IMG/VR virus record: IMGVR_UViG_3300030376_003069
Span: 1 to 30,019 of that record
Reading direction: 5' to 3' (one strand)
Length of the DNA stretch: 30,019 nucleotides
Origin: a virus
Lineage: Duplodnaviria > Caudoviricetes
Position numbers and translations under genes: made by a program. Position 1 is the stretch's first letter, and every line of letters starts with the position of its first letter. The notes beneath the pieces are model-generated. The model was given only the letters and a program-made list of their open reading frames with translations, searched no databases and was not told the DNA's origin. Shown here in pieces: positions 15,594 through 23,894 of this stretch.

Positions 15594-18500
15594 ATGGCAT
15601 TAAGATTTGACGAAATACAGTTATTTAATAGCGGCAGCGATCAATACCCAGTTTTATCAAGTGGTACTGGTAATGGTCTGAAAATACAAAGCGCAACAGG
15701 TTATGGAGATTTTGGATCTGGTAACACTAGTTATTTTCATATAAGTACAGATAGAAATACTTTTTATTTTAGCAAACCCGTAACAATAAATGGTAACATT
15801 GGTGGTTACAATACATCTAATACAGCTACATTTGATAAATTTATTGATTCAGTTAATACTACGTTTTTTGTTGATCCTCATAGTTATTCATTAGTAAGTA
15901 GATTTTTAATAGGAGCGGAAACAAGTAGTTCCAGTACAGGTATGTATGATTCATTTATAGACAGTGGTAGTTCTTATTTTCAATATCCTAGAGCTATAAT
16001 AGTTCACGAAGATTCTTCTACTGGTGGCATTGATGAAGCAGATGTTGGTTTATTTATATTAAACAAGCATGGTGCAAATAATACATGGGCTAAATTATCA
16101 TTAGGAACTAGAGAAGCATCAGGTGCTGGTAACAGTGTGTCTATAGGTGGTATAGCTGTACAAAAAACAACTGGAACATCTAATGCTTGGGCAGCAGGTG
16201 ATCTATATATTTGGACAAAGAAAAACGCAATACAAGTAATAAACCAAAAGTCTAGCCAAGATGGTAACACAGATATGTACGGTAACTTACATGGTAAGCA
16301 AAATAAAAACACACCGGGTATACCAGTTATAGATGGTTTTGTTGCTGGTGAGGGTGTAGAAAATGGTGAAGCTCATTTTACAATACCTAGTCTTAGCCCA
16401 AACAAACTAGCTGGCGCTAATTGGAGGTATACTGTTGCGGCGGATATAGATGGTACAGCTTTTACTTTAAATTCAGCTGTGTTTTCGGTTGGTAATGGCT
16501 ACCATTCAATAGGTAATTTAACAGCTGGTTCAACAAGCTCTAGCATAATGACAATAATAATAAGTGGCGTAAGCTTTAGTCACGCTTCTTCTGTTGGTAT
16601 AGCTTTTTCAGCAGCTGCTTGGAGGGCAAAAGATGTTGAGATATTCACGTCTACAGATGGTACTAATTATACTAGCAGGGTAAACAATGAAGACAACCCA
16701 AGAGGAACTACATACGTTACTTTTAGCACAGGTGGCACAGCTACTACACATATAAAATTTGTACTTAAAAACTTCGCTACAACTTCAACTAGAATAGCTA
16801 ATATTTTTGCTGGAAATTATAGTGGTGGAGATAATAGAGTTATAGATAAATTTCAACCAGATACTAAGTTTAAAAGCTTAAGAATAGATTCTTCTGGAGA
16901 AACTGATAATGAGTATTTAGTGCTTCAAGAAAGTGGTGCACAAAGATTCAGGATATATGAAAACAGTAATAATGTATATTTTGATGGTGGACCAGGAAAC
17001 ACGACCTTTAGAACACGACAAGGAGGTGGTTCAGGTAATTTTTACATATATCAAGGATCATTATATGTTAATAAAATATACGATTTAGATGCTAATGAAT
17101 TCTACTTAGATCCTAGCGTTTATAGTTCAAACAGAAATTCTTATTTATGGGAAAAATCTAGTTCTACAATAAATATAAAATCATATGGTGAAAATCATCT
17201 TAAAATAGGTAGATCTGGCAGTGGTTATGTATTTGCTTTAATGGGAGATGATATAAATGAAAACGCAAATAATCACGGGCAAAACTGGGAAGTATCTTTT
17301 GACTTTAACGCGGCTAGTGGTAATGATTCAACACATTTTGGATGGGCATTTAATTATCAAGATCAAAATAATTTTTACGCAGTAATTATAAGAGACGCTA
17401 ATGTCGTTAGGGTTCAAAAACAAGTTAGTAGTGTACAAACATACCCAGTTGCAGCGGTTACAACTAATAATGTGTCTGGAAATACTATAGACGTGGATGA
17501 TAGCTGGCATAATTGTAGAATACAAAAATCAAAAAACTATATAATAGTAGAGATAGATGGTGTAACTCAAATAGCTACAACAATAGAAGCTTCTCTTTCT
17601 TTTGATTTTGGTAGAATGGGATTTGCTGTTTACGATAACAGTGTTGAATTTAAAAACTTTTCTCTTAGAAGAGGAGCTCTTCAACAGTTAATATTAGGTT
17701 CTGGTGTAGATCCTGGTAGTTCTTGGAACGGTATATATGATGATGATAATTTAGTTTTAACAGATGGTTCTCTAACTATAAATCCCCATAGAAGAGGTGA
17801 TTACGGTGAAAACGCAACAAGCGCAACGTCAACATCATTTAACTCAAGATTAAATATATGGTCAGATTCTGAAGATCATATCACCTTTGGTGGCGCTAAC
17901 ACACATATGGTTTCTGCTTGGGAAACTTGGAAGATATGGATTAATAATGATAGTGGTAGTAATGGTATGTTGAGATTATACCACAAAAATTCAAAAACAG
18001 AATTTGCTAGATTTGCTGGAGATGGTTCAAGTAGTTTTATAACTGGAACTTTTTCAGCAACAACTTTTGACGGTAATTTAACAGGTAATGTAACTGGTAA
18101 TGTAACTGGTAATGTAAGTGGTTCATCTGGATCATGTACTGGTAATGCAGCTACAGCAACAAATGCTGACAAAGTAGATAATGTACATGTTGGTGGACTT
18201 TTCCAAATACAAGCCAACCCCGGCGTGCATGGTAGTAATACTTATGCTATGTCAAGTAACTTGTATCCTGAACCTGCGGCTAATTATTTTGGACACAACG
18301 GTAATAACACTGGATTAAACGCTTGTGTTCTTAGACACAAAATAGTAGATTCATATGGATACACTAGTTCTTGGGCAGATGTTTCATCAGAAACAAACTT
18401 TAATAACTTGCTTGGTAGCAATATGGCTCACCAATGGGGTAATTGTAATTTAAAAAGAACAAAAAGTGATTATATAATATACTTTGGTAATCAAACTGGT

Positions 18501-20063
18501 TATTGTTTTGTTGGTTATCTTTTAATGACACATTCCACACACGGTAATAGTTTTAATATTAAAATTGAAACTACTGCTACAGATCCTGGTACCACAGTTG
18601 CTAATAGAACCGCTAATGTAGGTTCTGGTGGTTGGACTTTAAAATATGAAACAGGAAATCAATCGAGTTGGCCAGGTTATACAAACCATAAAGTTTATTG
18701 CCAAATCGGTGGTAGTGCTGATGATTTTATGCGTGTTAGATTAACACCAACCTGGAATAGTGGTAACTCACATGAAATATCTTTAGGTATAATTTCTATG
18801 TTAGCTAGTTACGGAACTTTTATACAAAGTTTAAAATTCGATAACTTAGCCGATGCTCAATTTCATGGAGGTGCTAATTTTAGAAACGGTAAAAAATTAA
18901 CCTTAGGTTCTGGTGGTCATACTGATATACATCATACCGGAACACACGCTTTTATAACAAATAAAACAGGTGGTTTATTTATTGGTAACGATCAACAAGA
19001 TGGTAACTTAGTATTTCAATGCGATGATGGTAATGGTGGTATGTATGACTACTTTTATTTAGATGGTGGTAGCGCTACATATGCTAGTTCAGCAACAACC
19101 GCTGTATACACTAAATGGGGTAATAAATCACACATACACTTACAAGAGCACGACTCTAGTATAATAAAAGAAGCTGGTGGAAGTAATGGTAACTACCCTG
19201 CTGTAGAGGTTTACTCATCTGGCACAGCTGATACTGGCGCCGCAATTGCAATACAACAACAAACGTCAGAAGGTGATACTATTATATTTGCGGATTACGA
19301 ACCACATGTTGAGTGGGGTATAAGTGCTGAAAACGGTTCTAACTTATTACATTTTACAGCTGGTAATACAACTGGTAATAGTGATTTAGGAAATAAAACA
19401 TTTTATAATAACGCTGGTAGTGCTAGAACAGCTTATAATAAAATGCAGTTTAATTTAACCGACGGTAAAATGGCTATTGGTGGTGCTTTAGCTGTTGGTC
19501 TTTTAACACCTTCACAGGCGCTTCATGTAAAGAGTACTGGAACTCAAGCTAGGTTTCAATCTACTTCCTCTTACTCTGATATTATGTTTACAAACTCAGG
19601 TGGTACTGGTGGTTTTTTAAACTTTGGAGGAACAACATCTTTTAACGTTTACGTTGGTGGTGGTTCTGCGTCAAACTTAGAAATGTCACTAACAAACACA
19701 GGTACGCTGACTGTTAGCGGAGATGTTGTTGCATTTGGTTCACCATCTGATATAAGATTAAAAGAAAATATAAAACCTATAAACTCAGCTTTAGATAAAG
19801 TAATGAAACTACAAGGTGTTACATTTGATTGGAAAGAAAAACAAGATGCTGTTGATAGAGAAGGTAATCCTGTTGAGTTACAGAAGTGGAAAAGTGATGT
19901 AGGATTTATAGCTCAAGATGTGCAAAAAGTTATACCAGAACTTGTAAGAGAAAATGAAGACGGTATGCTTTCTATGAGACATAAAGGTATTGCACCTATA
20001 TTACTAGAAGCTATAAAAGAATTAAAAGCAGAAATAGAAGAACTAAAAAAACAAATTAAGTAA
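15594..20063 (+). CDS. Tail fibre/spike with C-terminal intramolecular chaperone (peptidase S74)
   Basis: SDIRLKENI at 19746, LQGVTFDWK, GFIAQDV and a C-terminal coiled coil; internal lectin-like inserts. Confidence 0.9.
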   Translation: MALRFDEIQLFNSGSDQYPVLSSGTGNGLKIQSATGYGDFGSGNTSYFHISTDRNTFYFSKPVTINGNIGGYNTSNTATFDKFIDSVNTTFFVDPHSYSLVSRFLIGAETSSSSTGMYDSFIDSGSSYFQYPRAIIVHEDSSTGGIDEADVGLFILNKHGANNTWAKLSLGTREASGAGNSVSIGGIAVQKTTGTSNAWAAGDLYIWTKKNAIQVINQKSSQDGNTDMYGNLHGKQNKNTPGIPVIDGFVAGEGVENGEAHFTIPSLSPNKLAGANWRYTVAADIDGTAFTLNSAVFSVGNGYHSIGNLTAGSTSSSIMTIIISGVSFSHASSVGIAFSAAAWRAKDVEIFTSTDGTNYTSRVNNEDNPRGTTYVTFSTGGTATTHIKFVLKNFATTSTRIANIFAGNYSGGDNRVIDKFQPDTKFKSLRIDSSGETDNEYLVLQESGAQRFRIYENSNNVYFDGGPGNTTFRTRQGGGSGNFYIYQGSLYVNKIYDLDANEFYLDPSVYSSNRNSYLWEKSSSTINIKSYGENHLKIGRSGSGYVFALMGDDINENANNHGQNWEVSFDFNAASGNDSTHFGWAFNYQDQNNFYAVIIRDANVVRVQKQVSSVQTYPVAAVTTNNVSGNTIDVDDSWHNCRIQKSKNYIIVEIDGVTQIATTIEASLSFDFGRMGFAVYDNSVEFKNFSLRRGALQQLILGSGVDPGSSWNGIYDDDNLVLTDGSLTINPHRRGDYGENATSATSTSFNSRLNIWSDSEDHITFGGANTHMVSAWETWKIWINNDSGSNGMLRLYHKNSKTEFARFAGDGSSSFITGTFSATTFDGNLTGNVTGNVTGNVSGSSGSCTGNAATATNADKVDNVHVGGLFQIQANPGVHGSNTYAMSSNLYPEPAANYFGHNGNNTGLNACVLRHKIVDSYGYTSSWADVSSETNFNNLLGSNMAHQWGNCNLKRTKSDYIIYFGNQTGYCFVGYLLMTHSTHGNSFNIKIETTATDPGTTVANRTANVGSGGWTLKYETGNQSSWPGYTNHKVYCQIGGSADDFMRVRLTPTWNSGNSHEISLGIISMLASYGTFIQSLKFDNLADAQFHGGANFRNGKKLTLGSGGHTDIHHTGTHAFITNKTGGLFIGNDQQDGNLVFQCDDGNGGMYDYFYLDGGSATYASSATTAVYTKWGNKSHIHLQEHDSSIIKEAGGSNGNYPAVEVYSSGTADTGAAIAIQQQTSEGDTIIFADYEPHVEWGISAENGSNLLHFTAGNTTGNSDLGNKTFYNNAGSARTAYNKMQFNLTDGKMAIGGALAVGLLTPSQALHVKSTGTQARFQSTSSYSDIMFTNSGGTGGFLNFGGTTSFNVYVGGGSASNLEMSLTNTGTLTVSGDVVAFGSPSDIRLKENIKPINSALDKVMKLQGVTFDWKEKQDAVDREGNPVELQKWKSDVGFIAQDVQKVIPELVRENEDGMLSMRHKGIAPILLEAIKELKAEIEELKKQIK
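18072..18119 (+). repeat. 12-bp imperfect tandem repeat x4 (GNLT-GNVT-GNVT-GNVS)
   Basis: ggtaatttaaca ggtaatgtaact ggtaatgtaact ggtaatgtaagt. Confidence 0.9.
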
Positions 20064-21628
20064 TGGCAGTTCCAGGTTCAGGTCCAATAAGTTTGCTAAA
20101 AATTTTTTCTGAAAAAAATGAAGATGATTATACGTCTAATAATGACGATGGTGAAAATAGTTTTAGCTTACGAGGTTTAAGTAGTAACGCTAACAGTGAC
20201 TCATCTGGTGGCAACATAAATCTTAACGTTCATAGTCCTAGCTCACCAGATAGTAACACTCCTCATAAAATGTCTGAGTTTTACGCATATGATCATGATT
20301 TTACACCTATTGCATGTAATTTAGCTATGGATGTAGTGTTTTTAATTGATTATACTGGATCAATGACTGGTGACATGGACGATTTAAAAACGCATGTAGC
20401 TACTATAACAAATAAAGTTGTTGAAAGATCTGGTGGAGACTATAGGTTAGCAGCTGTTTTAATAGATCAAGGTAGTCAACCTACTTATTGGGCTAATGCA
20501 ACAAACACGGTTGTAGCTAACTTAAACTCGGCTTATAAATATAACTCAGGTAATATATACCTCGCTGCTATGGTTCCGTTTAGTCACTCAAATAAATCTG
20601 ATTTTGATACAAAAATAGGATATTTAAATGCTGGTGCTAATGGTTCAGGTAGTAACAGTTCAACAGGTATGGAAATAGGAACTGGTAGTGGAAGCCCAGA
20701 ACCAAATGATACCGCTATAGATAGAGTTATTAATCATGACTTTGCTGGCGCTTTTAGATCTGGTGTTAACAAAATGATAATATTAATGACAGACAATGCA
20801 CCTGATGGTGATGGTGATGATAATTTTAACGGGGCTGAAGAGTATAATAAAATGGGTACGCTATCATCTGATGCAGTTTCTAATAACATTACAATTATGA
20901 TATGCGGAGATATAAGTGACAGTGGTACGTATCCTCAATCTGTTCATGGTATATATCAAGGGTATGCAACTAACACAGGTGGTAGTTTTAATAGTAATCA
21001 TGATCCAAGTGATATTACGGGTTTTATAAACACTATATGTAATAATATTGAAAGTTTATATCCTAGTGTTACTACTAAATCTGAAACAAGTGTCACGTCT
21101 AGCGGTTTTACAATGAATGGCGATGTAGCTAATGATAGCACAAATATTACACATAAAGGTTTTGTAAGATCAACATCTAATGTAAACTTAAGAAAAGGCA
21201 TTGGCGGTGTTACAGACACAGGTTCTTTAGGAACTGGAACAGCTGGTTTTAGCAGCGCGGTAACAGGTCTTAGCGCTAACACAACTTATTATTATAGAGC
21301 ATACGCTACTACTAGTGATGGTGGTGGTTTAACTTCGTATGGTGATATAGAACAAGTAGCAACATCACAGCTTTCAAATACAGCTGCTATTTCTGTATAC
21401 AACGTAAGTCAAATAAAAGGTGTTTTTGCTTGTGGTCAAACAACAAACGATACTTGGTATTTCCCAGATATGTCACCTGCTATTGGAGATCAAGTATATA
21501 CTAACAGTAGTAACTCATCTACCCCAAGCGCTGGTAAATATGGTTATAAATCTATAGGTACTGGTACTACAAATGTAAGATTTGAAGTTAACAGTAGCGG
21601 TGTTATAACTAGTGTAAATTCGTGTTAA
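20063..21628 (+). CDS. Putative fibre-tip adhesin with vWA (MIDAS) and fibronectin type III domains
   Basis: N-terminal MAVPGSGPISL...PHKMSEFY cap typical of genes following S74 fibres; DVVFLIDYTGSM and IILMTD (vWA); TGLSANTTYYYRAYA (FN3). Confidence 0.8.
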   Translation: MAVPGSGPISLLKIFSEKNEDDYTSNNDDGENSFSLRGLSSNANSDSSGGNINLNVHSPSSPDSNTPHKMSEFYAYDHDFTPIACNLAMDVVFLIDYTGSMTGDMDDLKTHVATITNKVVERSGGDYRLAAVLIDQGSQPTYWANATNTVVANLNSAYKYNSGNIYLAAMVPFSHSNKSDFDTKIGYLNAGANGSGSNSSTGMEIGTGSGSPEPNDTAIDRVINHDFAGAFRSGVNKMIILMTDNAPDGDGDDNFNGAEEYNKMGTLSSDAVSNNITIMICGDISDSGTYPQSVHGIYQGYATNTGGSFNSNHDPSDITGFINTICNNIESLYPSVTTKSETSVTSSGFTMNGDVANDSTNITHKGFVRSTSNVNLRKGIGGVTDTGSLGTGTAGFSSAVTGLSANTTYYYRAYATTSDGGGLTSYGDIEQVATSQLSNTAAISVYNVSQIKGVFACGQTTNDTWYFPDMSPAIGDQVYTNSSNSSTPSAGKYGYKSIGTGTTNVRFEVNSSGVITSVNSC

Positions 21629-21629
21629 T

Positions 21630-22145
21630 ATGAAAATAGAAGAAAATAAAATAAAGGAATATTCAGGAACTAGTTTTAGTGTAACTAAAACAAATGGAGT
21701 TTCTAAAATAGATTTTGGAGATAAAAAATATATAGAAAACACAAACCATTATGGTAAAGTATTTTTAGGTGATTGTGATCCTTGTACAAAAATAAAAGCT
21801 TTGTATAATAATTTTACTTTTGATAAAATACTAATAGGTGGTTTAGGTTTAGGTTTATTACCAGAGTACGCTAAATCAGTTAAAAACTGTAGCATAATAG
21901 ATGTTGTAGAAAATAATCAAGAATTAATAGATTACGTTGATTATTTAGAATCCCCTATAAACATAATAAAAGGTGATGCATTATCATATACACCTGATAA
22001 AAAATATGATTTAATATTAATTGATTTATGGTGGGAGGAAGAAGATGTAACTCAAGAAATTCAAGATAATATTAAAAACAATTATAATTCTTATTTAGAA
22101 ACTAATGGTAAAATTATATTACCCTTATTAGAAAAACAATTATAA
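21630..22145 (+). CDS. Class I SAM-dependent methyltransferase, spermidine-synthase-like fold
   Basis: ILIGGLGLG (motif I), IDVVE, IIKGDA, YDLILIDLW and LETNGKII. Confidence 0.85.
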   Translation: MKIEENKIKEYSGTSFSVTKTNGVSKIDFGDKKYIENTNHYGKVFLGDCDPCTKIKALYNNFTFDKILIGGLGLGLLPEYAKSVKNCSIIDVVENNQELIDYVDYLESPINIIKGDALSYTPDKKYDLILIDLWWEEEDVTQEIQDNIKNNYNSYLETNGKIILPLLEKQL

Positions 22146-22198
22146 AGTAAAAAACGTGAAAATAGCGTAATAATATAAACATAGAAAACAATTTAAAA

Positions 22199-22564
22199 AT
22201 GGATATAGAATATAAATGGTCAATAACAGGACTAGATAAATTAGATGTTATGAAAGTTGGGGAAGCAAATGAAGAACTTAAAGACGTTGTAACATCTGTT
22301 AGGTTTGTTTATACCGGAACAATTGATACCGGTGACAATAAAGGTTTACAAGCTCATTTTAGTGGTGTTTGTCCTTTAAACGTGCCTGATACTAAAAACT
22401 TTGTAGCTTATTCAGATCTTAAGGAATCTGATTTGCTTGACGAAATAAAAAAATTACATCCAGGTACTCATATGAATTCAACTATTGAGAAAGCATTGGA
22501 ACAAAAAATAAATCCAGTTGTGGCGGTAGATGTTTTACCGTGGAATGAAGAAACCACAGAGTAA
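22199..22564 (+). CDS. Phage protein, probably tail-fibre associated
   Basis: YKWSI..LD...LKDVV..V.F.YTG...FVAYSDLKE...LPW pattern common next to fibre genes. Confidence 0.75.
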   Translation: MDIEYKWSITGLDKLDVMKVGEANEELKDVVTSVRFVYTGTIDTGDNKGLQAHFSGVCPLNVPDTKNFVAYSDLKESDLLDEIKKLHPGTHMNSTIEKALEQKINPVVAVDVLPWNEETTE

Positions 22565-22588
22565 TTATAATAATTAAATTTAAATAAA

Positions 22589-22873
22589 ATGAAAGACGTA
22601 AAAGTAGAGGACATCGCTAAAGATGTAAAAAAGATTACTGGCGAAGAATTAAAGACAGTACAAGACAAGGTAGGTTTAATAAACAAGGCTCAAATGACAG
22701 TTGGTGGCTTAGAGGTTCAAAAAGCTGCAGCAATGGAGCAACTACAAGCAACTCAGCAAGAATTAATTGTAATTCAAAATGAACTTGAAGAAAAATACGG
22801 TAAGGTATCTGTTAATTTAACTGATGGTACTATATCTGAAATACCTGAAGATGAGACTGATAAGAAAGATTAG
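22589..22873 (+). CDS. Coiled-coil hypothetical protein (94 aa)
   Basis: ORF track; heptad-like middle region and LEEKYGKVSVNL.DG. Confidence 0.8.
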   Translation: MKDVKVEDIAKDVKKITGEELKTVQDKVGLINKAQMTVGGLEVQKAAAMEQLQATQQELIVIQNELEEKYGKVSVNLTDGTISEIPEDETDKKD

Positions 22874-23069
22874 TATCGGTAAAGATTACAAAAATGAAGC
22901 TATGCACTACTCCGTAGATCAAGAGGTTTACGGAGGGCATATTATAGATTGTATAGTTGAGGAAGACGACAAGTACAGTGTTTATATTAAAAAAGGAAAT
23001 GAGGTTTTACCTTGGAAAGATTTTAATAAGAACATGGCTATAGCAGTTGAGTACAATTTAGAGTATTAA
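22851..23069 (+). CDS. Hypothetical protein (72 aa, start revised to MRLIRKISIG)
   Basis: ATG at 22851 overlaps the upstream gene end; TAATG coupling to the next gene. Confidence 0.75.
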   Translation: MRLIRKISIGKDYKNEAMHYSVDQEVYGGHIIDCIVEEDDKYSVYIKKGNEVLPWKDFNKNMAIAVEYNLEY

Positions 23070-23665
23070 TGCAAGGTCTTTATTATTTTGTAGTTAAACC
23101 AGTAAATTCAAGATATAATAATATTAAGAAAATAGGTGATAAATCACTTATTACTAATACTGAGAATTTTACACATAAAAACGTTAATAGAAATGCTATT
23201 GTTTTATCTACGCCTAAGGGTTTTGATACTAATATAAGTGTAGGTGATGAAATAATAGTTCATCATAATGTTTTTAGACGTTGGAAAGATGTAAGAGGTG
23301 TAGAGAAAAATAGTAAAGGATACTTTGAAGAAAATAAATATTTTGTTCAGCTAGATCAAATATACTTATATAAAAATAACAACACTTGGAAGTCAGTAGA
23401 TGAATATTGTTTTGTTAAACCAATACATGCTATTGATAATTTTAGTACAGAGAAAGAGCATCCTTTGGTTGGTGTTTTAAAATATACTAATAATCACGAA
23501 TATTTAAATGATTTAAAACCTGGTGATTTAGTAGGATTCGTACCTCGTAGTGAATACGAGTTTATAATAAACGATGAGCGTTTATATAGAGTTCAAACAA
23601 GTGCAATTACAATTAAATATGAATATCAAGGAGAAGAAAGAGAATATAATCCAAGCTGGTTATAA
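23069..23665 (+). CDS. Tandem GroES-like protein
   Basis: Two GroES-like halves: YFVVKP...AIVLSTP...ISVGDEIIV and YCFVKP...GVLKY...LKPGDLVGF...YEF.INDERLYRV. Confidence 0.6.
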   Translation: MQGLYYFVVKPVNSRYNNIKKIGDKSLITNTENFTHKNVNRNAIVLSTPKGFDTNISVGDEIIVHHNVFRRWKDVRGVEKNSKGYFEENKYFVQLDQIYLYKNNNTWKSVDEYCFVKPIHAIDNFSTEKEHPLVGVLKYTNNHEYLNDLKPGDLVGFVPRSEYEFIINDERLYRVQTSAITIKYEYQGEEREYNPSWL

Positions 23666-23894
23666 AGCTGTAGAGGAGTTAGTTAAAGTTGCTAAAGAGC
23701 CAATCGTTGATAGTGATGATGATATATCTGCAGACAGATTAAAAAACGCAGCAGCAACAAAGAAACTAGCTATATTCGACGCTTTTGAAATATTAACAAG
23801 AATACAGACTGAGCAAAGCATGATAGATGGAAAACCAGTTGAAGAAACTAAAAAACAAACATTTAGTGGATTTGCTGAAAAAAGATCTAAGTAA
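23619..23894 (+). CDS. Hypothetical helical protein preceding TerL (possible terminase small subunit); start revised to MNIKEKK
   Basis: A-rich context at ATG 23619; TAATG-coupled to terL. Function inferred from position only. Confidence 0.6.
   Translation: MNIKEKKENIIQAGYKAVEELVKVAKEPIVDSDDDISADRLKNAAATKKLAIFDAFEILTRIQTEQSMIDGKPVEETKKQTFSGFAEKRSK

Noticed and set aside
10692-21628. Diversity-generating retroelement or invertase-driven fibre switching
   Set aside because: No reverse transcriptase or recombinase gene, and I saw no long template/variable repeat pair or inverted cassette in the window.
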